Of a stretch of 64,000 nucleotides of DNA, positions 20,169 through 30,022 are shown piece after piece (position 1 is the first letter of the stretch; the number at the start of each line of letters is the position of its first letter). The stretch comes from an uncultured Chloroflexia bacterium. GTDB taxonomy: Bacteria > Chloroflexota > Dehalococcoidia > GIF9 > UBA5629. The translations under genes were made by a program, and so were the position numbers. The stretch spans positions 11,572-75,571 of the forward strand of contig CAVWAG010000005.1 in assembly GCA_963752975.1 (NCBI GenBank), given 5' to 3'. The notes under the pieces are model-generated. The model made no database searches. It was not told the origin of the DNA and saw only the letters and a list, made by a program, of their open reading frames with translations.

Positions 20169-21547
20169 TTATTTTGTCTCCACCATCTTGGCATAGCCCT
20201 TGAGCATCTCGGTCTTAATCATCTTGCGCACCATTTCCTTCATCTTGGGGTCTTTGATCATCTCTGTCATCTGCTTGCTGAATTCCAGGTACCTGGTGTC
20301 CTGCTGCGGGAAGTCGAAGAGGCCGTGCTCCTCATAGTACCGGTAGTCGGCCGTAAAGGGGAATGAGAGCCTGGCCCAGATCTGGTCGCGGAAGATCTTG
20401 TGCCCGCCCACACCCAAGAAGGTGCGCGGCAGCATATATGTATTCTGCGGCATTATCAACACATTTAGCTGCAAATGCTTCGAGCAGCTTATCTATCTGG
20501 CCTGAATCGGCGCATTCATCAGTAACCACGCCTGCCAGGTTGCCACCCCCCATCTGCGGCATGGCATTGATGATCTCCTGCAGGTTGGCCACCTGGCTGA
20601 GCGGACCGGAAACGATAAATCCCATCTGCTTGTCCAGCGACGTGGGTATATGGCCGTTGAAGAAGCTCCTGTCCCAGAACATCTTCATGCGCGCAGGAAA
20701 AGAAGCGGTCGACGATCTCACCGGCAAAGATAGTGATATCGGCGTCACGCCCGGCATTAAAGTAGTCGATAAATTCATCCTTGCCCTGGTAAACGCAGAT
20801 ATTATCAAAAGCGCATTCCATGCAGCCCAGGCAGCCGCCGCGCATTTTGATATCGCCGGTCCTGACCACCTGTATATCACCTTTGAACGACTCACTGAAG
20901 CGCTGCACCATTTTAGCCAGGTTGGACTTCTCATCGGTTATATCGGCCAGCACCCTGATCTTTAACCCCCCATTATCCACCTTGCCGGCGCCTTTGCCTG
21001 GTTTGTAGGCAAACTTCGCACGTATAACCGGGGAATAAAGCTTCATAGCCGGCGCCCTATTCTCAATGGCCTTGAAGAAGTTGTCCGCCCACTTGAGCAA
21101 CACACGGCGCATATTTTCGACCATGAGGTCATCCATATCGGCTGAAAACGGCTCGACGTATTTCATATCCAGGTCGTCGCAGATACCATGCATATAGTTG
21201 TGCGCCGTGTTGTCAAAGAAGTGTATCGACGTGCTGAGCACCGTGACATACTTGCCGGCGAAAGCGTCCTGCGCCCCCTTCTCGGTTATCATCTCGATGA
21301 AGCGCTTGTACTGGGAGCAAACCAGGAAGACGTACAGCGGGAAGGCCCAGATAACGCCGTCGGACTGTCTCACCTCGTCGATGACCGAGTTGAAAAGGCC
21401 GTCATTCTTCTCTAACTTGATGATATCGTGCGCAACGTTGATCAGCTTTAGCTCATGCTGCGGGAATTTCTTCTGGATGAACTTGATGTACTGGACCGTG
21501 ACGCTGATTTCACCCTTGGGGCTGCCGTTGAGAACAGCTATCTTCAC
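20169..21547 (-). pseudogene. flavodoxin-fold NAD(P)H-dependent oxidoreductase / iron-sulfur flavoprotein-like, 2 frame interruptions
   Basis: Three overlapping ORFs (20519..21607, 20332..20934, 20169..20474) read as one protein. It begins V/MKIAVLNGSPKG (GTG 21547 after AGGAGG), contains GGCLGCMECAFDNIC, and has shifts near 20695 and 20455. Confidence 0.65.
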
Positions 21548-21638
21548 TTTACTGGCCTCCTGTAAACAAAATTGGTGGAACCAACTGGCGCTGGTTCCAC
21601 CAATCATAGCACAAGGTTATTTTGTGTACAAACAAATA

Positions 21639-23021
21639 TTAAGGTGTGACCGCCACAGTCACTGACCGCGCCACCGTGTTGCCGCCATTGCTGGCCATCA
21701 GGGTATAGGTGGTGGTAACAACCGGGTATATATAGACCGTCCCCGAAGCGCCAACACTGCCAATGCCGTTGTCGATGGTAATTGTATCGGCGTCGGTCAC
21801 AGTCCAGTATAGTTTGGCCTGGTTGCCCATAACCACGCTGGTATTGCTGCAGTGGAAATCGCTTATGGTCGGCCAGCGATAGACCGGCATTATCGGCGCC
21901 GCCATCACTGTTAGCACCTTTGAGTCATAGGTGTTCCCATAAGCGTTGGAAGCTGTCAGTGTATAGGTCGTGGTAAACGAGGGGGATACACTTACGCTGC
22001 CCGATGCGCCCGTGATGCCAACGAGGTTCTTTACGCCATTATCTATAGCTATGGAACTGGCGCCGCTGGTCATCCAGATCAGCGTTGCTGTGCCGCCGGA
22101 TGTTATGCTGGACGGGGAAACGTTTAGTTGCGCAATGGGCGGCGAACCGGTCAACGGCGGCGGGGACGCGCTGCCCACATATACCGTCGTGGTCGCGCTG
22201 CTGCTACCCGCCGAATTCGTGGCTGTTAAATTGAAGGTTATGCTACCCGTACCCGTCGTATTTACCGTCAGGCTTCCGGATACGGGCACGGCTCCGAAAC
22301 CTGCAATACTGGCAGATGTGGCATTCACGGTATTCCAGGTCAATGTCGTCGAGCCGCCCAACGTCACGCTGGCCGGGCTCGCCGTGAATGAAAGTATTGT
22401 GGGCAGCGGCATTGAGGAGGGCGGTGGAGTTGCCGGGCTGGTCACTACCACCATGGTGGAAAAAGATGTTGAATTGGAGCCGTTGGTTGCCTCGAGCAAA
22501 TAGGTTGTTGTCGAGGACGGGTTCACCGCCTGACTGCCGTTGACCGCCACATCGGCCCCGTTTATCCTGGCGCCTGTGGCATTGGTGGTGCTCCAGGTCA
22601 GCACGGCGATACCGCCGGAGGTTATGCTCGAGGGGCTTGCGGAAAAAGAATTAATGACGGGGTTCCCTGACGCTGGAGACGGAGGGACACTGCCCGTACC
22701 ACCCACCGTAAGCAGGACGGTCGACCTGGTGGAGCCGTATTTGTTGCTGGCTGTCAGGACATAGGTGGTGGTGGTTGCCGGGACCACCTTGTCCGCCCCT
22801 GTAGAAGGCGCCGCCGGGATGCCCGGGTCGATGCTGATGGATGAGGCGTTTTCTACCTCCCAGGCAAGTATAGCCGCCCCGCCGCTGCTGATGGAGTTGG
22901 GGCTGACCTCAAACTTGACGACTGCCGGCAACTTGCTCGAACTGCCTCCCCCCATATCGACGGTTATGCAACCTGCCGTTGCCAGTAATAGTATCAAAAC
23001 CAATAGAACTGCATTTCTCAT
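21639..23021 (-). CDS. lipoprotein with five tandem Ig-like repeats
   Basis: Lipobox LATAGC. Five units of about 85-95 aa follow the pattern F.(A/V)SP.SI(T/S)SGG.A.L.W...(N)A(T/S)S..I....V..SGS..V.P..TTTY.LTA(T/S)N. Confidence 0.7.
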   Translation of the reverse strand: MRNAVLLVLILLLATAGCITVDMGGGSSSKLPAVVKFEVSPNSISSGGAAILAWEVENASSISIDPGIPAAPSTGADKVVPATTTTYVLTASNKYGSTRSTVLLTVGGTGSVPPSPASGNPVINSFSASPSSITSGGIAVLTWSTTNATGARINGADVAVNGSQAVNPSSTTTYLLEATNGSNSTSFSTMVVVTSPATPPPSSMPLPTILSFTASPASVTLGGSTTLTWNTVNATSASIAGFGAVPVSGSLTVNTTGTGSITFNLTATNSAGSSSATTTVYVGSASPPPLTGSPPIAQLNVSPSSITSGGTATLIWMTSGASSIAIDNGVKNLVGITGASGSVSVSPSFTTTYTLTASNAYGNTYDSKVLTVMAAPIMPVYRWPTISDFHCSNTSVVMGNQAKLYWTVTDADTITIDNGIGSVGASGTVYIYPVVTTTYTLMASNGGNTVARSVTVAVTP

Positions 23022-23144
23022 CTTTTCTCCTCCCCGGATAAATATTTTAAGCCATCATACTATGCGGTACATGAAGTGTAAAGCGTACTTTAGTACTGCC
23101 GCGGTTTAAATATGACCCTCACCTGGTACGGACCCGTTGGCAGG

Positions 23145-23975
23145 CTAAGCCGGTCCCTCGCGGGCTTTGACTTTGCCCCGCAGCCCGGTCACAGCATAGG
23201 AAAGCAACAGCACCAGCCCGCTGAGCAGGATGATGGTCGCGCCGGAGGCCAGGTTCAGCGCGTAGGATATCCACAGCCCGCCGAAGGTGAAGAGCATCCC
23301 GAATACAACCGACAACATCATCATCTTCTTTAAATCATGGGTGAATTGCCTGGCCAGCGCGGCAGGGAAGGTCAGCATGGCGATCACCAGGATCATTCCT
23401 ACCACCCGGATGAGCACCACCACAGTCAGGGCTACCATGCAGAGCATCAGCAGGTAAAGGGCATCCACCGGCATCCCCACCACGATCCCAAACTCCTCAT
23501 CGAAGGAGAGCAGCAGGAACTCCTTGTAGAAAGCTATAACCAGGATCAGGATTATCACGTCCAGCGCCGCCATCAGCAGTATATCTGTGAACGGCACGGT
23601 CAGGATATTGCCGAAGAGATAGCTCATCAGGTCGGGCGCATAACCCGCTGACAGTCCTATGAAAATCACGCCCAAAGCCATGCCCAGCGCCCAGAGTATG
23701 CCGATGGCCGTATCCTCCGGCAGCCTGGTCCTGCGCGTCACCAGCCCCATGGTTACAGCCGAGAGGAGCGTAAAAATCATGGCGCCCAGCACCGGGTTGA
23801 ACTTCAGCAGGTAGCCCAGGCCTATGCCCCCAAACGAGGCATGCGCGATGCTGCCGCTCATGGAGACTATCTTCTTCACGACCACATAAACTCCCACTAT
23901 GCCGCAGGCCACCGAGGCCAGCAGTCCCGCCAGCATGGCGTTGCGCATGAACTCGAACTGGAAGGCTTCGAACAC
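23145..23975 (-). CDS. znuB: metal (Zn/Mn) ABC transporter permease
   Basis: Multi-TM ZnuB/MntB-like sequence. GTG 23975 lies directly after the stop of the upstream ATPase gene. Confidence 0.8.
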   Translation of the reverse strand: MFEAFQFEFMRNAMLAGLLASVACGIVGVYVVVKKIVSMSGSIAHASFGGIGLGYLLKFNPVLGAMIFTLLSAVTMGLVTRRTRLPEDTAIGILWALGMALGVIFIGLSAGYAPDLMSYLFGNILTVPFTDILLMAALDVIILILVIAFYKEFLLLSFDEEFGIVVGMPVDALYLLMLCMVALTVVVLIRVVGMILVIAMLTFPAALARQFTHDLKKMMMLSVVFGMLFTFGGLWISYALNLASGATIILLSGLVLLLSYAVTGLRGKVKAREGPA

Positions 23976-23977
23976 CT

Positions 23978-24736
23978 TTAATGCTCCCTCAACACGCGGT
24001 GCGGCACGTCGCCATGGGCGATGAGCTGCACGGGGCACTTGTAAGTCGCCTCGAGAATCTCCGGCGTTATCTCCCTCGAGCCATGGTAGTAAAGCTGTAC
24101 ATTGAGGCAGGCGATCTTATCCACAAAAACCGATACGGCGCCTATATCGTGGGAGACCATGATGATGGCCATCTCCTCCTTGAGGTGCTCGAGCAATTCA
24201 TAGAAATCCGTCTGCATGGCGGAATCAACGCTGGCGGTAGGCTCATCCAGCAGCAACAACTGCGGCTCTGAAACCAGTGCACGTGCGATGAAGGCGCGCT
24301 GCTGCTGGCCGCCCGATAGTTGCCCTATCTGCGCAGCGGCATGGTCCAGCATGCCCACCCTTGTCAGAGCTTTCTGCGCTGCAGCTCTGTCTACACGTCC
24401 GTAAGGTTTAAGCAGCCCGGCCTTGCCGTAGCGCCCCATCATAACCACTTCTATAACACTCACCGGAAAATTATGGTCGTAATTGCTGTACTGCGGTACG
24501 TAACCTATCTTCGTCCTGCTTCTATCCGGAGGGTTGCCCAGCACGGTCACCATTCCCCTCTCAGGCTTGATCAGGCCCAGTATGACCTTAAGCAGTGTAC
24601 TCTTGCCGCCGCCGTTTGGGCCGATTATACCCAGGAAGTCGTGCTCCGCTACCTTAAGGTTGATACCCTCTAGGGCTGGCGTGCCGTCATAACTCACCCA
24701 GACGTCTTCCAGCCTTACGACATCAAGTGCCGTCAT
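23978..24736 (-). CDS. znuC: metal ABC transporter ATP-binding protein
   Basis: Walker [10 protein letters not shown], signature LSGGQQQR and Walker B LLLLDEP. Confidence 0.85.
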   Translation of the reverse strand: MTALDVVRLEDVWVSYDGTPALEGINLKVAEHDFLGIIGPNGGGKSTLLKVILGLIKPERGMVTVLGNPPDRSRTKIGYVPQYSNYDHNFPVSVIEVVMMGRYGKAGLLKPYGRVDRAAAQKALTRVGMLDHAAAQIGQLSGGQQQRAFIARALVSEPQLLLLDEPTASVDSAMQTDFYELLEHLKEEMAIIMVSHDIGAVSVFVDKIACLNVQLYYHGSREITPEILEATYKCPVQLIAHGDVPHRVLREH

Positions 24737-24738
24737 GG

Positions 24739-25617
24739 CTATCTCAAAGCTTCCTTGAAGGCCTGCGCTACTTTCCGCATATTATCCAGGTAGTCCTTAG
24801 CTCCCTCGGCGTCGATGCTGACTACGCTGCCGCCTATCTCGTGGGCGATGGCTTCGGCGCTGCGCGTGTCGTACTGAGGTGAGACGAAAATGACTTTTAT
24901 ATTCTTTTGTTTGGCCTCATCTATAAGCCTGGCCATATAGGCAGCCTTCGGTTCTTTGCCTTCCTGCTCGATTGCCAACTGCGTGAGGCCGTAGTCATGG
25001 GCGAAATATCCCCACGCAGGATGATATACGATAAAGGTCCGGTTGGCAATGCCTTCAAGTGAAGCCTTTATATCGGCATCCAGCGCATCGAGCTTTTGCA
25101 GATAAGAATCACAGTTACCCTCATAGTAACTCGTATCCGCCGGGTCCAGCCGCGTCAGGCCGTCGCAGATGTTCTTGACCATAACCCTGACGTTGCGCAC
25201 TGAAGTCCAGATATGGGGGTCTATACCCGGCTCATCCGGGTCCGTGCTCTGGATCAGATCGATACCTTTACTGCAATCCACTAACAGCATATCAGGATTC
25301 TGTGCTATGAGCTTATCCAGCCAGGTAAGCTCAAACTCAATGGGTGAGCCAACCTTGGCATACATTCTGGCGCTGCTGACCCCAGCCATCTGCGCCGGCG
25401 TAACCTCGTAGGTATGAGGATTGGCGCCGGGCGGCACCATGGCAGAGACGCTCACTCTGTCGCCGCCAACGCTATTGACGAACTCCACCTGCGGCATAAC
25501 TGTAACCACAACGCCTATTTTGCCTTCCACCTGCCGGGACACTGGCGCGCAGGAGACAAACATTAAAAAGATGAGGGGCAATAATATCGCTGATGTCACG
25601 AAGCGTTTATAAGACAT
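24739..25617 (-). CDS. znuA: metal ABC transporter substrate-binding lipoprotein
   Basis: Lipobox FVSCAP. ZnuA/TroA-like sequence with DPHIW and HPAWGYF motifs. Confidence 0.8.
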   Translation of the reverse strand: MSYKRFVTSAILLPLIFLMFVSCAPVSRQVEGKIGVVVTVMPQVEFVNSVGGDRVSVSAMVPPGANPHTYEVTPAQMAGVSSARMYAKVGSPIEFELTWLDKLIAQNPDMLLVDCSKGIDLIQSTDPDEPGIDPHIWTSVRNVRVMVKNICDGLTRLDPADTSYYEGNCDSYLQKLDALDADIKASLEGIANRTFIVYHPAWGYFAHDYGLTQLAIEQEGKEPKAAYMARLIDEAKQKNIKVIFVSPQYDTRSAEAIAHEIGGSVVSIDAEGAKDYLDNMRKVAQAFKEALR

Positions 25618-25629
25618 AGGGATTGCCTC

Positions 25630-26067
25630 CTAGCTTTTTCCCCTCCGGCCGGCCTGACATTCCGGGCAGCGGCCCAGGAATTCCAGCAGATGCCTATCGA
25701 TCCTAAAGCCAGTATCCTGCGTGACCCTTTGTTCCAGATCATCCAATTCGCAATCGCTGAAATCTACGACTTTGCCACATCCTTTGCAGACCAGGTGATG
25801 ATGATGGCCGCTGGGCCTTTTCAGGTAGCTGCGGCATGTATCCCCTATATGCACCTCGCAGAGCATCCCGCTGCGCTCAAGCATATTCAGTGCCCTGTAA
25901 ACCGTGACCAGCCCGATACCGCGGTGTTTGGCCTTTAATTTAGCGTAAATATCGGCGGGTGTGAGATGCTCCTGGCTTTGGCTTATAACCCCGATAATGG
26001 CCCGCCTCTGGGGAGTAAGTTTAAAACCCTTCCTCTTTAGCTCTGCCGCAACAAGTTTATCCGTCAC
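25630..26067 (-). CDS. zur: Fur family transcriptional regulator (Zur-like)
   Basis: Fur-family fold with HHHHLVCKGCGKV and CPEC metal sites. First gene of the metal-uptake operon. Confidence 0.8.
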   Translation of the reverse strand: MTDKLVAAELKRKGFKLTPQRRAIIGVISQSQEHLTPADIYAKLKAKHRGIGLVTVYRALNMLERSGMLCEVHIGDTCRSYLKRPSGHHHHLVCKGCGKVVDFSDCELDDLEQRVTQDTGFRIDRHLLEFLGRCPECQAGRRGKS

Positions 26068-26084
26068 GTGATTTATAGCCTAAT

Positions 26085-26099
26085 TGAAAATGATTTTCA
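26085..26099. promoter_or_regulatory. Fur/Zur-box candidate
   Basis: Perfect 7-1-7 palindrome TGAAAATGATTTTCA, 18 nt upstream of the zur start codon. Confidence 0.6.
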
Positions 26100-26179
26100 T
26101 CCATAACTATAACAAGACAGGGCATACTTGTCAATCAAACTCTGTAAAACAGCCCGTGATATATATGGCGAAGTGTAGT

Positions 26180-26750
26180 CTACTTCAATTCCAGCCCGAC
26201 CTTGAAGGCCTTGCCCACCACCTCACCCAATTCCTGGTAAACGTTGGCCGGCAGTGTGGTCCACAATATCGGCTTGATTTTTTTCACGTCCGGGTGGTCA
26301 GCAGTGAAGCAGTTGCCAGACACATAGACTTCCTCGATCTTACCCACCACCAGCACGTGGCTGCCCAGGTCCAGCATGTGTACGATCTTGCATTCGAGGT
26401 TGACCGGGCACTGCTCAACCATAGGCGCGGTCTCAACCTTGCCGTAGAATACATTGAACTTGCAGGCTTTAACCTTGTCCTCCTTGGCGCCCGACTTGAT
26501 ACCACAGAAATCCACCTCTTTCACCTGGTCAGCCGAAGGTACATTTACCGAGAAGGTCATATTTTGCCGCATGCCTTTAAGCGTGTAGCGCGGGTGCCGT
26601 ATGGCCACCGATATCATGGGCGGCTCACTGCAGGCGATGCCCGACCAGGCCGCCGTCATAAAATTCGGCTTGCCTTCCACATTCGTGCCGATTAAAAAGG
26701 CCGGCGTGGGGAAAACCAGCGGTTGCGGCCCCGACTTTCACTTTTTCCAT
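26180..26750 (-). pseudogene. flavin reductase-like domain protein, frameshift in a C4/G4 run
   Basis: The 166-aa ORF lacks its N-terminus. ATG 26750 (after GGAGAT) gives MEKVKV. Deleting one base of the run 26729..26732 restores MEKVKVGPQPLVFPTPAFLIGTNVEGKPNFMTAAWSG. Confidence 0.75.
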
Positions 26751-26781
26751 GTTTTATCTCCTTAAATCGTATGTTGTACTG

Positions 26782-27171
26782 CTATTTCTCCAGCATTTCC
26801 TTCATGGGTGTCCAGTAGTAATCTATCCAGCCCTGCTTGATGTCCTCGTAAAACTGCACAGGCACGCCCGTCTGGGTGAATGTCATCTTAGTCTTACCGC
26901 CTTCCTCCTTGAAAGAGAAAGTCGCCTTTGAGAAATGGCCTTCCGGCCAGTCCTCGTAGCGCCACGATTGGACGATCTTTTCATCGGGTATCAACTCCAG
27001 GTTAACTCCCTCGATATAGCCGCCGATATTGAATTTCCCGCCCACTTTGCGGCTGACTTTCGCCTCGTCGCCTGCCAGTTCCGAATGCTTCTTCGCGTCC
27101 ATCAACAGTTCATAGACTGCGTGCGCGCCAGCTTTGAACGTCACCGTCTGCCGTATATCTTTAGTTTCCAT
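26782..27171 (-). CDS. SRPBCC / AHSA1-like domain protein
   Basis: METKDIRQTVTFKA... with GGKFNIGGYIEG and IVQSWRYEDWPEGHFS, typical of the Aha1/START-like family. ATG 27171 follows AAGGAGG. Confidence 0.65.
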   Translation of the reverse strand: METKDIRQTVTFKAGAHAVYELLMDAKKHSELAGDEAKVSRKVGGKFNIGGYIEGVNLELIPDEKIVQSWRYEDWPEGHFSKATFSFKEEGGKTKMTFTQTGVPVQFYEDIKQGWIDYYWTPMKEMLEK

Positions 27172-27267
27172 CTCAACCTCCTTATATGCCGTCTTTTTAA
27201 GAAATTCTATCACAAGTTGAAAAAAGACCACATCCGCTGTACATTAGAACATAATAGGTGTTCACTG

Positions 27268-28113
27268 ATGACCACATTGAAGTATTTTATCACCTCCAAG
27301 GCCAAGCGCAACCTGCTGAAATTTTTCCTGACCGATATCAATGCCAGCTATTACACCAGGGAAGCGTCGCGCCTGACGGGTGAACCCCTCAACGCCGTGC
27401 GCCGCGAGCTCGGCTATCTGGAGAAGGCCGGCCTGCTGCGCTCCTACATGCAGGGAAACCTCAAGTATTACGAGGTCATCCAAAGCTTCCCCCTGCTGGC
27501 CGAATGGCGCAGAATCATCCTCGAGACGACCGATATCCACATCACAACCGACGAAGAGAAGCAGCCGGCCAAACCTTCTTCTGTCATCACGCCTCTTTCC
27601 CCTGTCATTGCAGCGCCTTCTCCTGTCATTGCGAGCGAAGCGAAGCAATCCCCTGAACCAGAGCCCGCCATAACACACCGCGATATCGTCATTGCACCTC
27701 CTTCCCCTGTCATAGCAGCACCTTCCCCTGTCATTGCGAGCGAAGCGAAGCAATCTGTCGAATCTGAACAATCCTCTGCTCCCCACCCCCGTTCTATCCT
27801 CACTCTCGACTACGTCACAGATCACCTGCGTGAAAAGCTCAATGAAATCAACGCTATAACCCTCGCCGTCATCCATGGCGAGGCCGCCCTGTCAGAAAAA
27901 ATCCCTGAGGGCGGTATCGAACTGCTTATCGTGGGCGATATCAACAAAGATATCCTGCTGGAGATCATAGCCAACCTCGAGGAAACCACCGGCATCGACA
28001 TCAATCTGATGCACCTGACCAGCAGCGGCTTCGACTACCGCAACGCACAGGGCGACCCCTTTATCCGCCGCATCTGGGGTGAGAAGAAGATAGTTGTGAA
28101 GGGCAGGCATTAA
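27268..28113 (+). CDS. winged-helix regulator with C-terminal nucleotidyltransferase-like domain and a repeat-derived linker
   Basis: N-terminus: ASYYTREASRLTGEPLNAVRRELGYLEKAGLL (wHTH). C-terminus: IELLIVGDINKD...TTGIDINLMHLT. The central ~70 aa are encoded by the duplicated palindromic repeat (SPVIAAPSPVIASEAKQS, twice). The ORF-track start 26935 overlaps the opposite-strand gene and is rejected. Confidence 0.7.
   Translation: MTTLKYFITSKAKRNLLKFFLTDINASYYTREASRLTGEPLNAVRRELGYLEKAGLLRSYMQGNLKYYEVIQSFPLLAEWRRIILETTDIHITTDEEKQPAKPSSVITPLSPVIAAPSPVIASEAKQSPEPEPAITHRDIVIAPPSPVIAAPSPVIASEAKQSVESEQSSAPHPRSILTLDYVTDHLREKLNEINAITLAVIHGEAALSEKIPEGGIELLIVGDINKDILLEIIANLEETTGIDINLMHLTSSGFDYRNAQGDPFIRRIWGEKKIVVKGRH
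27581..27755 (+). repeat. two ~70-nt copies of a GTCAT-rich unit, each ending in the identical 26-mer GTCATTGCGAGCGAAGCGAAGCAATC, in frame inside a CDS
   Basis: Units at 27581..27650 and 27687..27755. The 26-mer cores at 27625..27650 and 27730..27755 are identical. Each unit carries three GTCAT(T/C/A)(G/C)C half-sites. Confidence 0.85.
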
Positions 28114-28195
28114 ATTCCCTTTAGGAGGTGGTTATAATGGTGCGGAATGGTAAAAACAGTTGGGTTTTCTTAATCCGAACTGGATTTACACGAAA

Positions 28196-29956
28196 CTATG
28201 TAATTTTATTGCCGCATTTTTTACAGAACTCTGCGTCTTTGTCGACAGCCGCACCGCATTTAGCGCAGAAATTTGGCTTTCCGGCTTTTTCAGCTTCGGG
28301 TAACGTCTTTTTTTCTGCGGTGGCAACTACTGGTACAGTTTGTGGCGTCTGAGTTACTGATGTGGTGGTATCGGCGGGTAGGGTCGTACGTTTTCTGCGG
28401 ATAAGAAGAAAGACCACAAGCCCAATAACCAGCAGCAAGATCACCAAAATTACAATTATGGGAATCGTAAAGTCGTAGTTCCACTCAATTACCTGGGTAT
28501 ATGGTCCGGTCATGATATGGGTGCCACTGGAGTTGATCGGCCTGATGACCCCACCCAGGAAACCCCAGAAGCCCGGTATCGGGACGGTCTGCAGGGCCAG
28601 TGCGTATGCGGCGTTACTGTCTTTAGCCTCCCACTGAGTCTCATGAATGTATGGGTAATCCGACTGCAGGGTCAAGAGGTAGAAGGTATCGTATTCTGCT
28701 GTCACGGTTCCCCCTGTATTGACGGTAAACACCAGGTCCCTGCCCGTGCGTGTGCTGCCATCGGGCAATCTCCAGTCACGGAAAATATATTTTATGCTTT
28801 GCTGGCTGTCGGAAATAACGGGGCTTGGCGCCGTAGAGATAAAATTACTGCCCGTGGTATAAAAGCCCGAATTTGGTGGTTGGGTGACCCCGGAGGGGTC
28901 GCTGGCTGTATTGATCAATACCTCCTGAGCATAATCGAAATAGGCAGTGGTGTAGGTGTCAGTCACTGTCTGCGGATTTTGACTTGTGACTTTAAACCGG
29001 GTGTTGACATCCAGGCCCTGTACGGTATCACTTACCAACACGGTGCGGCTCCGGCACGGGATTGACGTAAAAGTTTCTGATCCACCACCTGCAAGGGCGG
29101 TTTCCTGTATGCCATCGATCATTACCGATGTCTGTCCCTGTGTAAGGCCGGGGCCGATTTGGACGGTGAAATCACAACTGCTAACAGGATACGGGATAGC
29201 AGGACCGCCCCAACAATCGACATAAAGAATGTAGGGGCGGCTGACGGGCGGGCAGCAGCCCGATGTGGGGCAGAAACCTGTATCGGTGCAGGTTACCGTC
29301 ACCGTATAAACGCCACAGGTACCCGGGGCAGGCGTGCCGGAGATGATCCCGGCGACAGGGTCCGTCACGGTCAGCCCGGAGGGCAACCCCACCGCGCTCC
29401 AGTTATATGCTCCCGAGCAACCGGTGGCGCTCAGCGTCATGGTGAATGGCATGTTCTCCCATGCCGCCGGGTAAAATGTCGGGTTGATGGTCAGGGGGGC
29501 AGATGCATTGGCTATGACATTGAGAGTGACGGTCGCCGTCGCATCGGCGCTGAAAACTGGCCCGCAATCTGCACTATACCCGGTGGCGCCAATCTGAAAG
29601 GTATAGGCCCCGGGTACGACCGTATTATCGGCGCAACCCCAAAGTGCCCCTGTGGCGTTATCCACAATCACCCACCCCGGAATTCCAGGGCCGGGCCAGA
29701 AGAAAACGAAACTCGCCGGATGATAACCTGCACAGATGGTGCCGGAAGTAGTAAATGAGGGATTAAATGCAAATGGCACACATTTTGTCACGGGATCGGG
29801 AGCAACCCAAACAGCAGGAGTGATGAAAAAAGCGGAAGGCAAGCACGCCGTGTTCAGCGCTACACCTCCCATGGCCAACGTCAGTGAAATAATGATGCCC
29901 AATAATCTATAAAAGCCCACTGCCCCGAGGCCTGTTTTAAAATTCGATAACCTCAT
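28196..29956 (-). CDS. type-I membrane surface protein: Ig-like (He_PIG-type) domains, single TM, C-terminal zinc ribbon
   Basis: N-terminal signal peptide; LPSGLTVTDPVAGIISGTPAPGTCGVYTVTVTCTD (putative-Ig motif); YIFRDWRLPDGS...TVTAEY (InlB-B-repeat-like); TM helix IPIIVILVILLLVIGLVVFLLI followed by RRKR; tail FCAKCGAAVDKDAEFCKKCG. Confidence 0.75.
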   Translation of the reverse strand: MRLSNFKTGLGAVGFYRLLGIIISLTLAMGGVALNTACLPSAFFITPAVWVAPDPVTKCVPFAFNPSFTTSGTICAGYHPASFVFFWPGPGIPGWVIVDNATGALWGCADNTVVPGAYTFQIGATGYSADCGPVFSADATATVTLNVIANASAPLTINPTFYPAAWENMPFTMTLSATGCSGAYNWSAVGLPSGLTVTDPVAGIISGTPAPGTCGVYTVTVTCTDTGFCPTSGCCPPVSRPYILYVDCWGGPAIPYPVSSCDFTVQIGPGLTQGQTSVMIDGIQETALAGGGSETFTSIPCRSRTVLVSDTVQGLDVNTRFKVTSQNPQTVTDTYTTAYFDYAQEVLINTASDPSGVTQPPNSGFYTTGSNFISTAPSPVISDSQQSIKYIFRDWRLPDGSTRTGRDLVFTVNTGGTVTAEYDTFYLLTLQSDYPYIHETQWEAKDSNAAYALALQTVPIPGFWGFLGGVIRPINSSGTHIMTGPYTQVIEWNYDFTIPIIVILVILLLVIGLVVFLLIRRKRTTLPADTTTSVTQTPQTVPVVATAEKKTLPEAEKAGKPNFCAKCGAAVDKDAEFCKKCGNKIT

Positions 29957-30022
29957 TTCACAACCTCCGTTTTTCTGTAATGAAAAGTACCTGACTGCTC
30001 TTACGGTGCCTTATTGAAAGCT

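Noticed and set aside
26084-26695. 203-aa plus-strand ORF opposite the flavin reductase gene
   Set aside because: The minus strand encodes the conserved flavin-reductase domain. The plus ORF starts inside the Zur box region and has no motif support.
28128-28352. 74-aa plus-strand ORF preceded by an AGGAGG-like sequence
   Set aside because: Two-thirds of it is antisense to the well-supported C-terminal zinc ribbon and tail of the 28196..29956 gene. The translation is featureless and the RBS-like string is probably coincidental.
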